Source: a virus
DNA: 64,000 bases
Reading direction: 5' to 3' (one strand)
IMG/VR virus record: IMGVR_UViG_3300045988_162923
A model generated the notes under the pieces. The model had not been told where the DNA came from. It searched no databases and saw only the letters and a program-made list of their open reading frames with translations. This document shows positions 52,221 to 63,876 of this stretch, in pieces. The position numbers were made by a program, and so were the translations under genes. Every line of letters begins with the position of its first letter. The first letter of the stretch is position 1.

Positions 52221-52751
52221 TTATTTAGACGTAGAACCAAAGCCTCCGAGTCTATTCCCTGTGGCATTATCATCATCAGTAATCTCATACTTTTTAATAA
52301 TGCCTTGTCCAATTACATCACCTTTATGTAATTGAATATTATATGGAGAGAGATTAATTAATTGTAAGAAAATCTCTCCTTCATTATCAGGATTATTATA
52401 ATAGTCAGAATCAATAATACCCACACTATTAGCTAAAATTAGCCAATACTTTAAAGGAGTAGAACTGCGCACAGATAATTCCAAATAGCAACCAGGGTCT
52501 AATTGACATTTAACTCCAGTAGAAACAAGAGTAGGCTTTGCGCCTGTAGCCTTAGTTAATGCCGCTGTTTCTTTCAAATCAAAGGTTGAAATATAAGTTG
52601 TATATTCACTATCTAATGCTTTAATATGATTTATTACCGGCGGCACACAAATATCTTCCGCAACAGTTAAATCATAACCCGCGGAATTCGCGGTTTTTCG
52701 AACGGGAAGAACCGCATCAGGAAATTTTGAAACTCTTTCAAATCTATTCAT
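52221..52751 (-). CDS. dut: dUTPase
   Basis: Intact 176-aa ORF with the motifs SAGYDL, GIIDSDY and C-terminal RLGGFGSTSK. Its ATG overlaps the upstream gene's stop as TAATG. Confidence 0.8.
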   Translation of the reverse strand: MNRFERVSKFPDAVLPVRKTANSAGYDLTVAEDICVPPVINHIKALDSEYTTYISTFDLKETAALTKATGAKPTLVSTGVKCQLDPGCYLELSVRSSTPLKYWLILANSVGIIDSDYYNNPDNEGEIFLQLINLSPYNIQLHKGDVIGQGIIKKYEITDDDNATGNRLGGFGSTSK

Positions 52752-52996
52752 TAAAATTCTACCTCATACTTAATGTCAATATTTGTACCGGGTTCTTTTT
52801 CATCATTAAATAATTTCTTAGCAGTAACTAGCTGGTATTCATCAATGATTTCGCCTTTTTGCTTAATTTGCTTAGTCTTATAACTAAAAGCATTCAGAGT
52901 AAAATGAGTATCATTAATTAATTCTTCATGTAACTATTCTACTTCTGCTACTGTTGGAACTCTATAAACATCTGTTGTACTGATTAAATATTTCAT
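52751..52996 (-). CDS. hypothetical protein (81 aa, one TAG)
   Basis: RBS GAGGTTAATTAA precedes ATG 52996. It ends at a TAA that overlaps the dut ATG. Confidence 0.5.
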
Positions 52997-53266
52997 TTAA
53001 TTAACCTCTATATTTAAATTTAAAGAATAATTATTTCTATTTACACTATTGATTGATTCTACAATTTCTTCAATATAATTTGTCTATCCAAAGAAATGAA
53101 TATCATTAATTTTACAATTATAACAATTGTGTAAAATCTCCATAGCGAATGAATTAATATCATTTAAAGAATATTTTCCTAAAAGAGATTGTTCGCTTGG
53201 AGAGATTTTATATACTTTCTATTCACTATCAAATAAATCAATGATAGCAACAATTTTTGTATCCAT
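52997..53266 (-). CDS. hypothetical protein (89 aa, two TAGs)
   Basis: ATG 53266 overlaps the upstream stop as TAATG. It ends at TAA 52997-52999. Confidence 0.45.
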
Positions 53267-53805
53267 TATACACACTCCACTACGCCAGCATCATAACCAA
53301 AGAAATAAACACAATAGGCAGTATCATCTGCTTTAATCCAAAATTCAATTGCCGCTTTGTCTTCAGTTAATTCGCCGCTTATTATTTCGCCTAAGTCATG
53401 TAGGCAATCAATAACACTTTCATTAATAGCATTAATACCAATACAACCATTCTTAACGAACATTGTATAATAATTTCGCTCTCGGCATAATAACATATAA
53501 TAAGTATTATCTATTGTATCATCAAAGGTTAGAATTAATTTCTTTAATTCTTTGAGTTTTTCATCTGATAAAGGTTTTAATTGAGACATAATATTTTTAT
53601 TTAAATCATATAAATTAATTTCAATACCTGAACCTTCTGCATTTAATTTAGCATTATTATATAATGGAACCCACTTAGAATCTTTATATACCATTAATTT
53701 TTGATTATCCTAATCATAGCAAACCTATCCAGTATAGAAATTCTAAGGAGAATTTTCTAATTCGTGAATATTCTTCACTTCAAAACTAACTTTAAAATTT
53801 TCCAT
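53266..53805 (-). CDS. hypothetical protein (179 aa)
   Basis: RBS GGAGGATTTAA precedes ATG 53805. Three early TAGs are followed by the TAG-free track ORF 53266..53694. It ends at TAA 53266-53268. Confidence 0.55.
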
Positions 53806-53835
53806 TTAAATCCTCCGATTTCTTTTTATAGATAT

Positions 53836-53864
53836 ATTATAACAAAAAATTTTAAAGTCGTCAA
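53836..53864 (-). promoter_or_regulatory. consensus promoter TTGACG-17-TATAAT on the minus strand
   Basis: The minus strand reads TTGACG (plus 53859-53864), a 17-nt spacer, then TATAAT (plus 53836-53841). It lies upstream of the gene starting at 53805 and overlaps the 3' end of nrdG. Confidence 0.55.
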
Positions 53865-54346
53865 TTTTTATCTGATTTTAAATAAATAATATGCTAATTT
53901 TTACTTCCACGCATGGGTAATGATACATCTCTTTGCTCTTGGATATATGGACCATCAATCAAGACATCAATACTGCTAAGGATTTCTTGAAGTTTTCCAT
54001 TATCTTTTTGTTTAATTAAATCATCATAATAATATCCAGTCCATACATAAATTTTTGTATTAGGGAGTTTTTCTTTTATAGTACGAACCAAAAGTAAAGT
54101 AAGTAATTGATTCTTTTCACATAAAGGTTCTCCACCCATAATACAAAAATTTCGATGAATACCATTTGCCTATAATGCTTGAGTAATTTCAGTAAATATA
54201 TCACTCGTAAATTCTTTACCACCATCAAAATCCCATGTTTCAGGGTTATGGCATCCTTCACAATGATTAGGACAACCTTGAACAAAAAATGATACACATA
54301 CTCCCGGGCCTGCGGCAATATCATTTTTTATAATTCCTGCGTATTT
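53861..54346 (-). CDS. nrdG: anaerobic ribonucleotide reductase activating protein NrdG
   Basis: It reads ...GIIKNDIAAGPGVCVSFFVQGCPNHCEGCHNPETWDFDGGKEF...IMGGEPLCEKNQ...WTGYYYDDL...GSKN(Q)HIIYLKSDKN. The radical-SAM CxxxCxxC motif is there, two TAGs are read through, and it ends at TGA 53861-53863. No in-frame ATG exists upstream of the conserved N-terminus. The likely initiator is ATT at 54346-54344, 7 nt after GGAGGA. Confidence 0.65.
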
Positions 54347-54352
54347 AATAAG

Positions 54353-55015
54353 TCATTCCTCCAATTCTAAATCTAAATCATGGATATCATCTTCATCATC
54401 AACTTCTACATAATACAGAAAACATTCACAATTAGTATGATAAGGTGGCTCAGGAACATTTTCATCAGCTGGATATTCGCCTATATATTCAGCACAAATA
54501 CCATCATCATCTACTCCCGTCCCTTCAATTACCTTTATTGTAGCTTTTGGAGCAATTTTATTAAACATTACTTTATTTCTTAGATAATTAGTTTCATTAA
54601 TTAATAAGCGCTAAAACATATTCTAAGCGTAATTTTTTAATGAAATAATAGGAATATTTTCTAATCTTTTTTCTTCTAATTTATCTAAATAAAAGATAAT
54701 TCTTTCATCTAATGTTTTACCGTCATTGGCAAAAGTTAAATTTTTTATATCTTTTAATTCAAACTAAGCTGTAGCTTTATAAATTTTTTTTAATTCTGAA
54801 GAAGTGATGGAGTAAATCTAAGTTAAAGACTCATAAAATAAATTAATTAATTCATCTTTATGATTAATAGTATTAATAATATTTTTATTATTAATCCAAG
54901 AATAAATTAATTTAGTAATTTTTTCCATTTGTCTATCTCTAATAGAAAAAATCTAATCATTCATATTAGATAATTTTGTTTTTAGTTTAGGACGTTTTTT
55001 AACAGATGATTTCAT
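54353..55015 (-). CDS. hypothetical protein (220 aa) with an acidic Cys-containing C-terminus, in frame with nrdG
   Basis: RBS GGGAGGTTATGGA precedes ATG 55015. Five TAGs are followed by track ORF 54353..54568. It ends at TGA 54353-55. The nrdG body begins at the very next codon in the same frame. Confidence 0.5.
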
Positions 55016-55359
55016 TCCATAACCTCCCAAGAACAACAATATAAACTACAGCAAGGAATAATTATTTTTTTTAATATTTCTTCATTATTATAATTTTTAG
55101 ATATTTTTACTTTATAAAGTCTATAACCTTTAGTATTCCAGGTTATAGGTAACCATATCCATCGCTCATTATTTTCTTGCCATTCTATACGAGTTTTTGA
55201 TACTCTGATTGGTATAATATTATTTTTATTTAAATAATTATAAATTTCTTGTGAATTGTCGGTTATATAAGCACATACCACTATCTAATTAGAACAAGGA
55301 TATTTTCTTCCTTGTTGCTAATTAAAATAGTTTGCTAAATCATAAATTAGCTATATCAT
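55012..55359 (-). CDS. Trp-rich hypothetical protein (115 aa)
   Basis: ATG 55359-55357 overlaps the nrdD terminal TGA as ATGA. It has three TAGs and ends at TGA 55012-55014. Confidence 0.45.
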
Positions 55360-57617
55360 TCCATCTACCCCGTATGTTTTACTCGTGCTTCTACTTCTTT
55401 TTGTTTACCATAGTTAAAAGCAGTTTTATAGTTTCCAGTTAAATAACCGGTTACACGGCGCAGCTATTGAATATTAGAACTGCCGCATTCAGGACATTTA
55501 TCATTAAATTCATCACAGTATCCGCAATCAAGACAAGTATCATTAGGCACGTTTACTGCGAAATAAGGAATATCCTTATCCATGGCATAATTAACAATTT
55601 GTTCAAGGGCTTTAATGTTATGTTTTACTGTTGAATCTAATTCTACATAAGTAATACAACCAGCAGAGGAATAACCAGTTAATTGGCTTTCAATATCAAT
55701 TTTATCAAATGGTGACATCTTTTCCCATACAGGAACATGAATACTATTAGTAAAAAATTCTTTATCTGATACATTCTTAATAACACCATATTTTTCTTTG
55801 AACTTATTCATAGCAGTATAACAAAGGTTTTCCGCAGGAGTATAATATACACCAAAATTAAGCTTATATTTCTCCTTAAATTCTGCGCAACGACGTTTAA
55901 ATAATCCTTCAATGCGCTTAGCTAGTTCCATACCTTCTTTAGTTGTCTGGTCTTTACCAATAAGAATTTGAAGGGCTTCAGCAAGACCAATCTACCCGAT
56001 AGCCAAAGTACCATGTTTAAGCGCACTTCTAATCCCTTCTTCTGGAATATAGCCAGCCATTAAATGATTCTCATACATAAACTTAGCAGATTTCGGGTCT
56101 TGAGAACAAATCCATTCAAATCGTTCCATCAATTGAATTCTTGCTTCATTAATCTTTTGATCTAAAATTTCAAAGAAAGCTTCATCAACTTCCATACCCA
56201 TGATATGACATTCTTGATTTGCTATCATAGCTAAGGTAGGGAGAATAATAGTTACTGGACAAATATTACCACGACCATCTTTTAGCTAACCGAAACCATT
56301 AATATCGTATCCATTGGCTGTTCTACATCCCATTGTAGAAAAATAGGTGCGTGGGTCATTAATATCATATCCCGCATTTCCAGACCAATCAACATTTGCA
56401 TAGTTAGGATATAATCTTTGAGCGGTTGAGCGTAATGCGAGTTTAAATAAATCGTAATTTGGATCTCCTTCTTTACGATTAACACCTTCCATACACTGAA
56501 AAATTCCGCAAGGGAAAATAGATGTTTTATGTAATTTACCAATACCTTCAATGGACACATCCAAAAGTGCTTTAGTAATCATTCTTCCTTCTGGAAGAGT
56601 ACAAGTGCCATAATTAATAGAAGTAAATGGTAACTAATTACCTGAACGAGATTGTAAAGTATTAAGATTATGATACATACCTTCTACTGCTTGATGGACT
56701 TCTTTTAAAGTCATATCCATAGCATATTGATATACTTTATCAAAATCTCCAGCATCATCTACTTCATTTAAATAAGCTGAATAATCATTAATTGGAATAT
56801 CTATAATTTTTTTATAAGTATTACTATCTTCTAAATAATTATCTAAATCCCAATTACAATTACATAAGTATTTCATACCATCTCGATAATGCTTATAAAA
56901 AGATTTACGAACATAAGGAACCATAGTCCAATCAAGATGGGTCGCACTTACTCCTCCGAATTGAGAAAGGCTTTGAATTTGGAAAATAACAGCTACTAAT
57001 TGGAAAGCTGTATTTACTGAACCAGCTGGACGCACATCTGTCTAACGTGTATTAAATCCATTAGCAAGTAAATCATCAAAAGGAATACTTAAACAATTAT
57101 GAGAACCAACATAATAAGCATCAAGGTCATGAGTATAAATCATATTATTTAAATGATTATCTCTTGCCATTGGTGATAAGATATAATCTAAAGCTAATTG
57201 TTTAGTTACTACACTACTGGCTTCACCAATACGTCCGCCAAATGATGCTTCATCAACGTTAGCATTTTGATTTTTAATATCTTTACCATCAAGCTTTTTT
57301 CTAATGGCTTGAATAAAATCATCTTTCTTTTCACGAGCAACTTCTTTTTTATATCTATATCTAATATATGCACGAGCTACATCACGACGCTCAGAGCGCA
57401 TCAAATAATCTTCAATCCAATCTTGGATATCTTCTACCCCTACGCTACCATCAGGGAAATGATTTGCTTGACGTTCAATGTCATTAGCGATATCTTGAGC
57501 AGTATCATTTTCATAAAGCTATCCATCAACTTCAATAAATGCTTTATTAATAGCATTAATAATTTTATTTTTATCAAATAAAACAATTGTGCCGTTGCGC
57601 TTTATAATATAAATCAT
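55356..57617 (-). CDS. nrdD: anaerobic ribonucleoside-triphosphate reductase NrdD (about 753 aa, about 6-7 in-frame TAGs)
   Basis: RBS GGAGGAATATAA precedes ATG 57617. The N-terminal ATP-cone reads MIYIIKRNGTIVLFDKNKIINAINKAF. Track ORFs 57042..57404, 56634..57035, 56286..56582, 55992..56228 and 55464..55931 all share the frame. The C-terminal Zn-ribbon and glycyl-radical motif read ...CLDCGYCDEFNDKCPECG...LRRVTGYL. It ends at TGA 55356-55358. Confidence 0.8.
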
Positions 57618-57685
57618 TTATATTCCTCCACTATATTTAGTATTAAAATTTTAAGCTGTCTACTAAATATGGTTTTTTTTGTAGA

Positions 57686-58258
57686 TTAATTAAATCCGTC
57701 TGTCCAATCGCGGATTTGCCTTCCCATAGCATATACAGCGGGATAAAAATCTTTTTTAATTTCATTATTAATAGTAGTATAATTAAAATCTGATAAATCA
57801 GAAAAATCAATTTCATCTGCTTTAAAACGTCTAAATATTTCTTCAATATTAGGATCGCTTTCTCGACTTAGCTGACGAATTAATCTTTCTTTATCTGAAG
57901 CTTCAATATAGAATACTTTTAAATCAATACGAGAATCTTTCATTAAGCTTTCAACTCCCGCAGGGTTAAATACTCCAATATTAATTTTGTTTTCATTTAA
58001 TGAATTAATGGCAGTACCATACCCCCAAGAGTTAAATACTGTCGCTTCTAACATTTTATTTTCTAATACTAATTGAGAAAATTCTTCATTAGAAACATAA
58101 TGATAATTAATTCCTTCTTGCTCTCCTTCTCTAATTGGACGAGTAGTATAACTAATTATTTCATTTAAATTTTTTTCGGTGTCATGGTGAAGGATAGCCT
58201 TCATAAGACTATCCTTCCCGCTTCCCGCTTTGCCCATAATGGCTACAATTTTATACAT
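57686..58258 (-). CDS. gmk: guanylate kinase-like nucleoside monophosphate kinase
   Basis: Intact 190-aa ORF. P-loop GKAGSGKDS and the guanylate-kinase signature TTRPIREGEQEGINYHYVSNEEF are present. Its ATG follows the DnaE TAA by 3 nt. Confidence 0.7.
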   Translation of the reverse strand: MYKIVAIMGKAGSGKDSLMKAILHHDTEKNLNEIISYTTRPIREGEQEGINYHYVSNEEFSQLVLENKMLEATVFNSWGYGTAINSLNENKINIGVFNPAGVESLMKDSRIDLKVFYIEASDKERLIRQLSRESDPNIEEIFRRFKADEIDFSDLSDFNYTTINNEIKKDFYPAVYAMGRQIRDWTDGFN

Positions 58259-61200
58259 CTTCTTCTATTCCTCCCTGATAACGAGTATTACGTAATGTAA
58301 TAGTTCCATCATCAAAAATTTCATCAATTTTATATAACTGGTGACCAGGAGAAGAAGCATATTTTTTAGCTATAAAATTATCTCCTTGGCGCACGCCCAT
58401 AACTACAATCATATTTCCTCGGTTGAACCAGGACTTTTCAACGATATGCTTTACTCCATCCGATCCTTTTTCTGAAATTTGTTTATCAAATAAACTGAAA
58501 TATTCTTTTCTGAATTTTACTTCAACAGGACCAGTAGTAGTAAGAATAGTAACAGTACTTTTAGTTTTATTTTTAGCAATACACGTACCGCAGATTGTAT
58601 TTAATTTATAAATATGAATCGTTTTACCACCTTTAGTGAAACTTCTATCTACTTCTGGTTCTTGCGGAAGAGCAAAGAAATCTGCGAATCCATATTTTTT
58701 ATTATTAATGTCTTTTAATTCGTGATTGTGGTAATAGAAGCAAAGCACTTCCATTTCCCATGCTGATAAATTATTTTTACCAGTATATTTATTCCAATCT
58801 TCTTTGAAAATAACTGCGTTTAAATTTTCAAGAATTTCTGTTTTATTCTCATTAATCCAATCGCGGAATACATCCATCCAAGGTTGATAGACTTTTTTAT
58901 CCCATATTTTTTGGTCTAACTTCGCGCCCTCTTCAATTAAATTATCTTCACCAATTTCAACTAAGAAATTAATTGCTCTCATATCTAGTTTATAAAAACT
59001 TGCTGTATCTTTACAAACTGCTTTTAAATATCTATTAAATTCAAAAACACGACGAGCCATAATTTGTTTATCAGTATCTTCTGGTAATAATTTATATTTA
59101 ATTAAGCTACTCATATTCTGTAAAGTAATACGACTCTTTTTATCACAAGTTTCCCAAATATACCAGCCCATTAATAATTTTCTATCCATCATATTATCAA
59201 AAGCACCGCCTTTAATAAGAGATACCATAGCTTGTTTACTAGGCTTAATTTTATATAAAAAATCTTTTGGAGAAATATATGGACGGTTAGTAATAATAGT
59301 ATTAACTAAATCATCACCAACATTTAACATTCCTTTTAATCCAAAAAGAATTTTATTATTTTCAATGTCAGGAGCAAAACCAAACTTAGATTTATTAATA
59401 TCTGGCAAACCGATTTCAATACCTGCTTTTTGAATATCACTAATAGCTTTAGCAATTTTTCCATAATCAGTTGAAGCAGTTCTTCTAATTTTTGCGCTCT
59501 TATCTGGTAAATCTTCAAATGTTACACCATTTGCTAAATCGTCACCTTCAGGAGCATAAATATCGACTAGCTCTTCTTCCGTATTATCTTCCAATGAACC
59601 ACTATTAACAATTAAACAAGCGGTATCCCAATAAATAGGATTATAATTTATTACTAAATAAATCATTTGAATTGCTACAAAAGAATAAGGTAAAGAATGA
59701 TTTAAACTAAAAGCATAACCTAATTGTGGAGCAACCGCAATTTCCCAGAAGTATTCAGCAACTTTAGGATTATCAAATTTACTGAATACTTGCTCTTTTA
59801 ATTGCGGGATTTTTGACATTTGTTTTTTAGCAACAACTTTACGAGCACTATTTGCTTCGCCTAAAGTAAATCCCGCAATATCCATGAGGATTTCCATCAT
59901 TTGTTCCTGAATAGGACAACAACCATAGTATTTATCACAATGCTTATGAAATTTATCAATCAAATCTTGTGGTAAATGATTTTGCTTCATTTCAGCATCA
60001 AATACTTGAATACCTTGATGCTGAATTCGATAATATCTATCTTGCTGAGATTCTTTGCCTTTTTCAGACATTAAACGCATCATAGCATTTGCTGCCGTCA
60101 TTTCCATAGGATCTTGCGGTTTTAGCCTCTTAGCAATTGCTAATCCAACTCCAGTAGAGAACTGGAATACATCAAGTACATCGCCTGCCGCCAAGTGATC
60201 CCAAATACGTTGATCTGTTGTGTCTATCACTTCTGGATGAATATACTTATTATAAAATTCTCTTAAAGGTAAGTCAGGAATTTGATTATCTTTTAATAAT
60301 AATTGATAACAAGTAATTATTTTATCAGAAGCTTCAGTTACAAGGAAATCATATTTAGTATCGCCAGCCGCTTCCGCTTTATGCAAATCATAACAAGTGA
60401 TAATATCACCACTGGGAGTGCGCATAAAAGATGCTGTTTCAAATGGGTCATCACCATATAAAATAACGCCAGAAGCATGAGAAGAACGTTTATTAATAAT
60501 ACCTTCAATATAAATAATAATATCTAATAAACCATCATATTGATTTACTTCTCTAATAAAAGCTTGAATTGGCTTGCGGTCTTTTTCTTCATTGCCATAA
60601 ATAACATCATGGATTGGCCATAAAAATCCTCTTTCTTGAGGAATTAGAGAAGACATATATTGTGCTTGATCATTATCAATACCTTCTGGAAAATCTTCTG
60701 ATCTATATCCACGGCAAGCTGTTAATACCGCAGATTTAGTTCCTTCAGTACCAAATGTAGCAACTTGGACTAAGCCTAAATCACCACGTTCATCACGAAT
60801 TGCTTTAAAAATAGCAGGACGCTTACTTGGCGCAAGATCAATATCAATATCAGGTAATTCAGCACGTTCTTTATTTAAAAAACGCCAATAAGGTAAACCC
60901 CAACGAATAGGATCAAGCTGTGTAATACCTAATAAATAATTAGATAAAAAACCTGTTGCTGAACCACGGCCAGGACCTACAATAGAACCACATTTCCAAA
61001 ATAAATCAATATAATGTTTAAAAGTATTAAAATAAGCAAACAAACAATCATCCAATTTTTCACCAATATCTTTAATAATATCAGCTTCAATTTCAAGACG
61101 ATTTAAATAAATATCTAACTTATCATCTGAAATACTTTTATCATACATCTTTTCTAATAAAGACATATAACATTCATTAACCCAATATCTTTCCTATGGG

Positions 61201-62246
61201 TTATCACTCATTAATAAGCTACATAAAATAGGATATTTTTCTGTGCGCTCAAACCAACCAGCTAATGATTGAGGATAATCAGTTACTTCTACTTTTGGAA
61301 TAATTTGCTTTCTTTCTAAAGAATAAAAAGAAATTTTACTTTGAATTTTTTGAGTATTATCTAAAATCCAATCTAAAATTTCTTTTCCTGATTTATTACT
61401 ATCCCAAGTGTTAGCATCATTTTCCATTAATTCAAAGATTTCATCGCTTGTCATTAAATGCGCAAATTCATAGAAAGTATCAACTTCTCGTTCGCCTTCT
61501 TTAGAATTTAAATACGCTTTATGAATTGCTCTATCTTCTTTTGTTAAATAATGAGAGTCAGTACCAATTACCATTTTCAATCCAGTAGATTGAGATATTT
61601 TATAAATTTGTCTATTAACAATCATCTGGTCTTCTTTATTAGAAGGCGCACACTCAAGATAAAAATCATCTTCACCAAATACTTCAATACAATAATTAAT
61701 AAAATCCATTATTTGAATTGAATAATTAGTTACTGTATTTTGGTCATTAACTAAATTAGCTTCATACATTGGAAGTAAACAACTACCAAGTTCTCCACCA
61801 ATACAAGCTGTAGTAGCAATAACATGACCTTTATATTTAGACATTACATCTTTTAATTCGCTTTTTAAAGTAGGAACACGTTCCATACGTCTATCAACAT
61901 AACTATTAATCCAAGCAATAGAACTTAATTCTCTTAATGCTTTATGACCAATAGCATCTTTAGCTAATAATAAAAAGTGATAATATTTTTGTCCAGTTTG
62001 ACGAGTTTCAGTTAAATAGATTTCATTACCAAGTGCGATAGTAAAATCAGGATTTGTTTCCTATAATTTCTTCGCATATTGATTAACTTCCATATGCGCA
62101 GATAAGCATTCATGGTCAGTAATTGCTATTCCAGATAAACCTAATTCGATAGCTTTATCAATTAATGCTTGAGGACGATTAATTGAGTCTAATAGTCTAA
62201 TATTAGAATAATGAGTGTGATTATGAATACCAAAGTAACTTCTCAT
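58251..62246 (-). CDS. dnaE: DNA polymerase III alpha subunit (DnaE-type replicative polymerase), about 1331 aa with two in-frame TAGs
   Basis: Track ORFs 62061..62246 (PHP start, HNHTHYS), 61194..61886 and 58251..61166 share one frame. They are separated only by TAG at 62061-62063 and 61194-61196. RBS GAAAGGATAATTAA precedes ATG 62246. It ends at TAA 58251-58253. Confidence 0.85.
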
Positions 62247-62291
62247 TTAATTATCCTTTCTTATATTTCTATAAATATTATAACATAATTT

Positions 62292-62562
62292 TATAAAAAA
62301 ATCAATAATAGCAATTATCTAAATAGCGATCACAAACCTATCTTATATCACGTACAAAATTTTCAAGTTTATGGTCAAGCATTTGATGATTAATTGAATT
62401 AGTAACAATTTTGCCGTCTAAATCCTATAATTCATTATTTACCTTTTTAATAGTTTCTGCGATACTACCTCTTAATGTATTCATCAAATTTTCATCTTTT
62501 AAAAACATATTACTATTTAACATAGCAACTAAAGATGAATCAAGCATTGAATTATCTATCAT
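62292..62562 (-). CDS. hypothetical protein (about 89 aa, two TAGs)
   Basis: RBS GGAGTAATTAAT precedes ATG 62562. It ends at TGA 62292-62294. Confidence 0.45.
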
Positions 62563-62678
62563 ATTAATTACTCCAATTCAAAATGTACCTACTAACGTCA
62601 ACTAATTATATGAATTTTTTAACAATGTAGGAACCATAATAATATCAAAATCAATAGTTAAAATAATATTTTTTATAA

Positions 62679-63872
62679 TCATTTCTTTACAATAACAATT
62701 TTTTCTTTCGCTCTAGTCACCATAGTATATAAATACTATGTATGTGTTAATTTATCATGTGGATGCCCTTCTTCAAACCCTAATACTTTATCGTATTCAC
62801 TTCCTTGTGCCTTCCAACAACTAATAGCATAAGCATAAGCAAAATCAAAAGGAGGATCTGGACACATCTAATTTTTTCTCATTTTATAGCATTGTGGTCC
62901 AGTTAAAGTAGCCTAGCCACTTTTTAATTGTTCATAATCAATAGGGACATCTTGGAAATAATCTCCATCTTCTAGGTCAAAAGTAGCATTCATATAAATA
63001 ATTGGTTTATCATAAATATACAAAGGTACTCTTTCAACTGTATTATAATAATTAGTTAAAGTACCAATCATACCATTTGTTAAAGCCCAAGTTCCAGAAG
63101 CAGAAGAAAAATCCCAATTATTATGTAAACTAATAATTTTATCACCAATTTCTGGTTCATCAGATGTAAAGCCTTTTAATTTTCTGACAGTTTGATTTAA
63201 TAAAGTTCTTCTATCATTAGTCGCACAAATGATTTGGTCTGCCCATTCATACATTCCTTCTCGAAGCTAAGACAAATTAATAATCATAACCTAATTTCCA
63301 TCAGGTTTATAAGAGTAGATAGGCTTTCCATCTCTAATCCACATTGACAACCGAATAATTTCGCTATCTTGCGCTTGCCGCATAATTTCATCTAAGAAAA
63401 TATGGGGTTTATCTAAAACATGGTTATTATCTGCTTCTTCTATTGGAGGTAGCTAACCGGGGTCTCCAGCTGCTATAATATAAATACCATGACTTAATAA
63501 AAGATGCCACATAGCTGAAGGAAGCATAGACACTTCATCAACTACAATTACTTTATATTGAGATAATTCTTCATTAGATTTTGGAGTAAATTTATATCTT
63601 CCATTCGGTAGCATACGAGCTTTATATAATAATTTATGAGCTGTAGTAGCATTAGGACATCCTTTCTATTGAAGAACAGTAGCAGCTTTTCCTGTAAAAG
63701 CAACATAGCATACTTCTGTTTCTGGATCAACATCTAAAGCTGAAATAATAAATTTAATTAAAGTACTCTTGCCACTTCCTGCATAACCCGCTATGCAAGT
63801 CCAACGTTCATGGTTTTTATATCTTTCAACAGCAATTTTTAATCCCTATTCTTGTTTCGCAGTTAAAATCAT
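62679..63872 (-). CDS. Dda/RecD-like SF1 DNA helicase (about 397 aa, seven in-frame TAGs)
   Basis: Walker A AGYAGSGKST, Walker B VVDEVSM and motif III AAGDPG(TAG)LPPI are present. The TAG in motif III sits at the invariant Gln. Track ORF 62913..63254 is an internal piece. It ends at TGA 62679-62681. Confidence 0.75.
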
Positions 63873-63876
63873 AATT

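Noticed and set aside
54350-54355. Possibility that TGA is also reassigned (for example to Trp), suggested by nrdG following an in-frame TGA
   Set aside because: TGA is used as the terminal stop of many well-delimited genes (2881, 21234, 26830, 36381, 55012, 55356, 62292, 62679), each followed by an RBS and a new start. No long frame requires TGA read-through.
57643-57846. Track ORF 57643..57846 (-) as a separate small membrane protein
   Set aside because: It overlaps the 3' half of the guanylate kinase gene in a different frame, so it is most likely a shadow ORF. Only its first about 40 nt lie in the true intergenic gap between nrdD and gmk.
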